The notes beneath the pieces were generated by a model. That model had not been told where the DNA came from and made no database searches. It worked only from the letters and a program-made list of their open reading frames with translations. Shown piece after piece: positions 25,203 to 25,312 of a DNA stretch of 25,312 bases. The stretch lies in the NCBI GenBank assembly GCA_964578405.1, contig CAZOCW010000003.1, positions 1 to 25,312 of the forward strand. The letters are read 5' to 3'. Origin of the DNA: an uncultured archaeon (GTDB lineage Archaea > Iainarchaeota > Iainarchaeia > Iainarchaeales > JAAZKV01). The position numbers and the translations under genes were made by a program. Numbering within the stretch: the stretch's first letter is position 1; the number at the start of each line of letters is the position of its first letter.

Positions 25203-25312
25203 TTTATGCTTTTTCTGTGCAATGGATGCTGAAAGATTTGCTTTTTATACTTCTAAGTACTATCTCTAGTAAGGTGTTAATGTGCGAAATTTAATTATTT
25301 TAATCTTAAGTC

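Noticed and set aside
25270-25296. SD-like AAGGTG followed by ATG near the window end
   Set aside because: The frame closes after four codons (MCEI*).
1-25312. Prophage, transposon or defence island
   Set aside because: No integrase, transposase, capsid, terminase, nuclease or methyltransferase motifs were recognised.

Overview
This is an AT-rich archaeal chromosomal window. Archaeal origin is supported by a tRNA-Tyr with a C1-G72 pair and a BHB-type intron, a TYW1/Taw1 gene, a class III signal peptide protein, and TATA/SD signals. The giant surface proteins and ORFan content suggest a DPANN lineage such as Iainarchaeota/Diapherotrites, which is inference only. The window holds about 16 genuine CDS, including a 55-aa membrane protein missed by the ORF track, and two tRNAs (Thr-TGT; Tyr-GTA with a 46-nt intron), both lacking the canonical U55. 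It is dominated by cell-surface genes: two adjacent giant membrane-anchored paralogues (2121 and about 1758 aa), a pilin-like adhesin, and lipoprotein-like proteins. Most notable observations: (1) a strong, position-specific excess of D-x-N tripeptides in exported proteins but not cytoplasmic ones, a candidate non-canonical modification sequon; (2) the giant protein pair shares a C-terminal domain but carries unrelated central inserts, one an Ala-rich hydrophobic helical region resembling membrane-inserting modules; (3) a four-arm double-hairpin element present in two copies with compensatory substitutions; (4) a GC-rich array of about 22-nt palindromic units; (5) an orphan Imm1-like immunity gene beside tRNA-Thr. 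No CRISPR array, rRNA, transposase or integrase was seen. All family assignments come from motif recognition by eye, and all counts are by hand.
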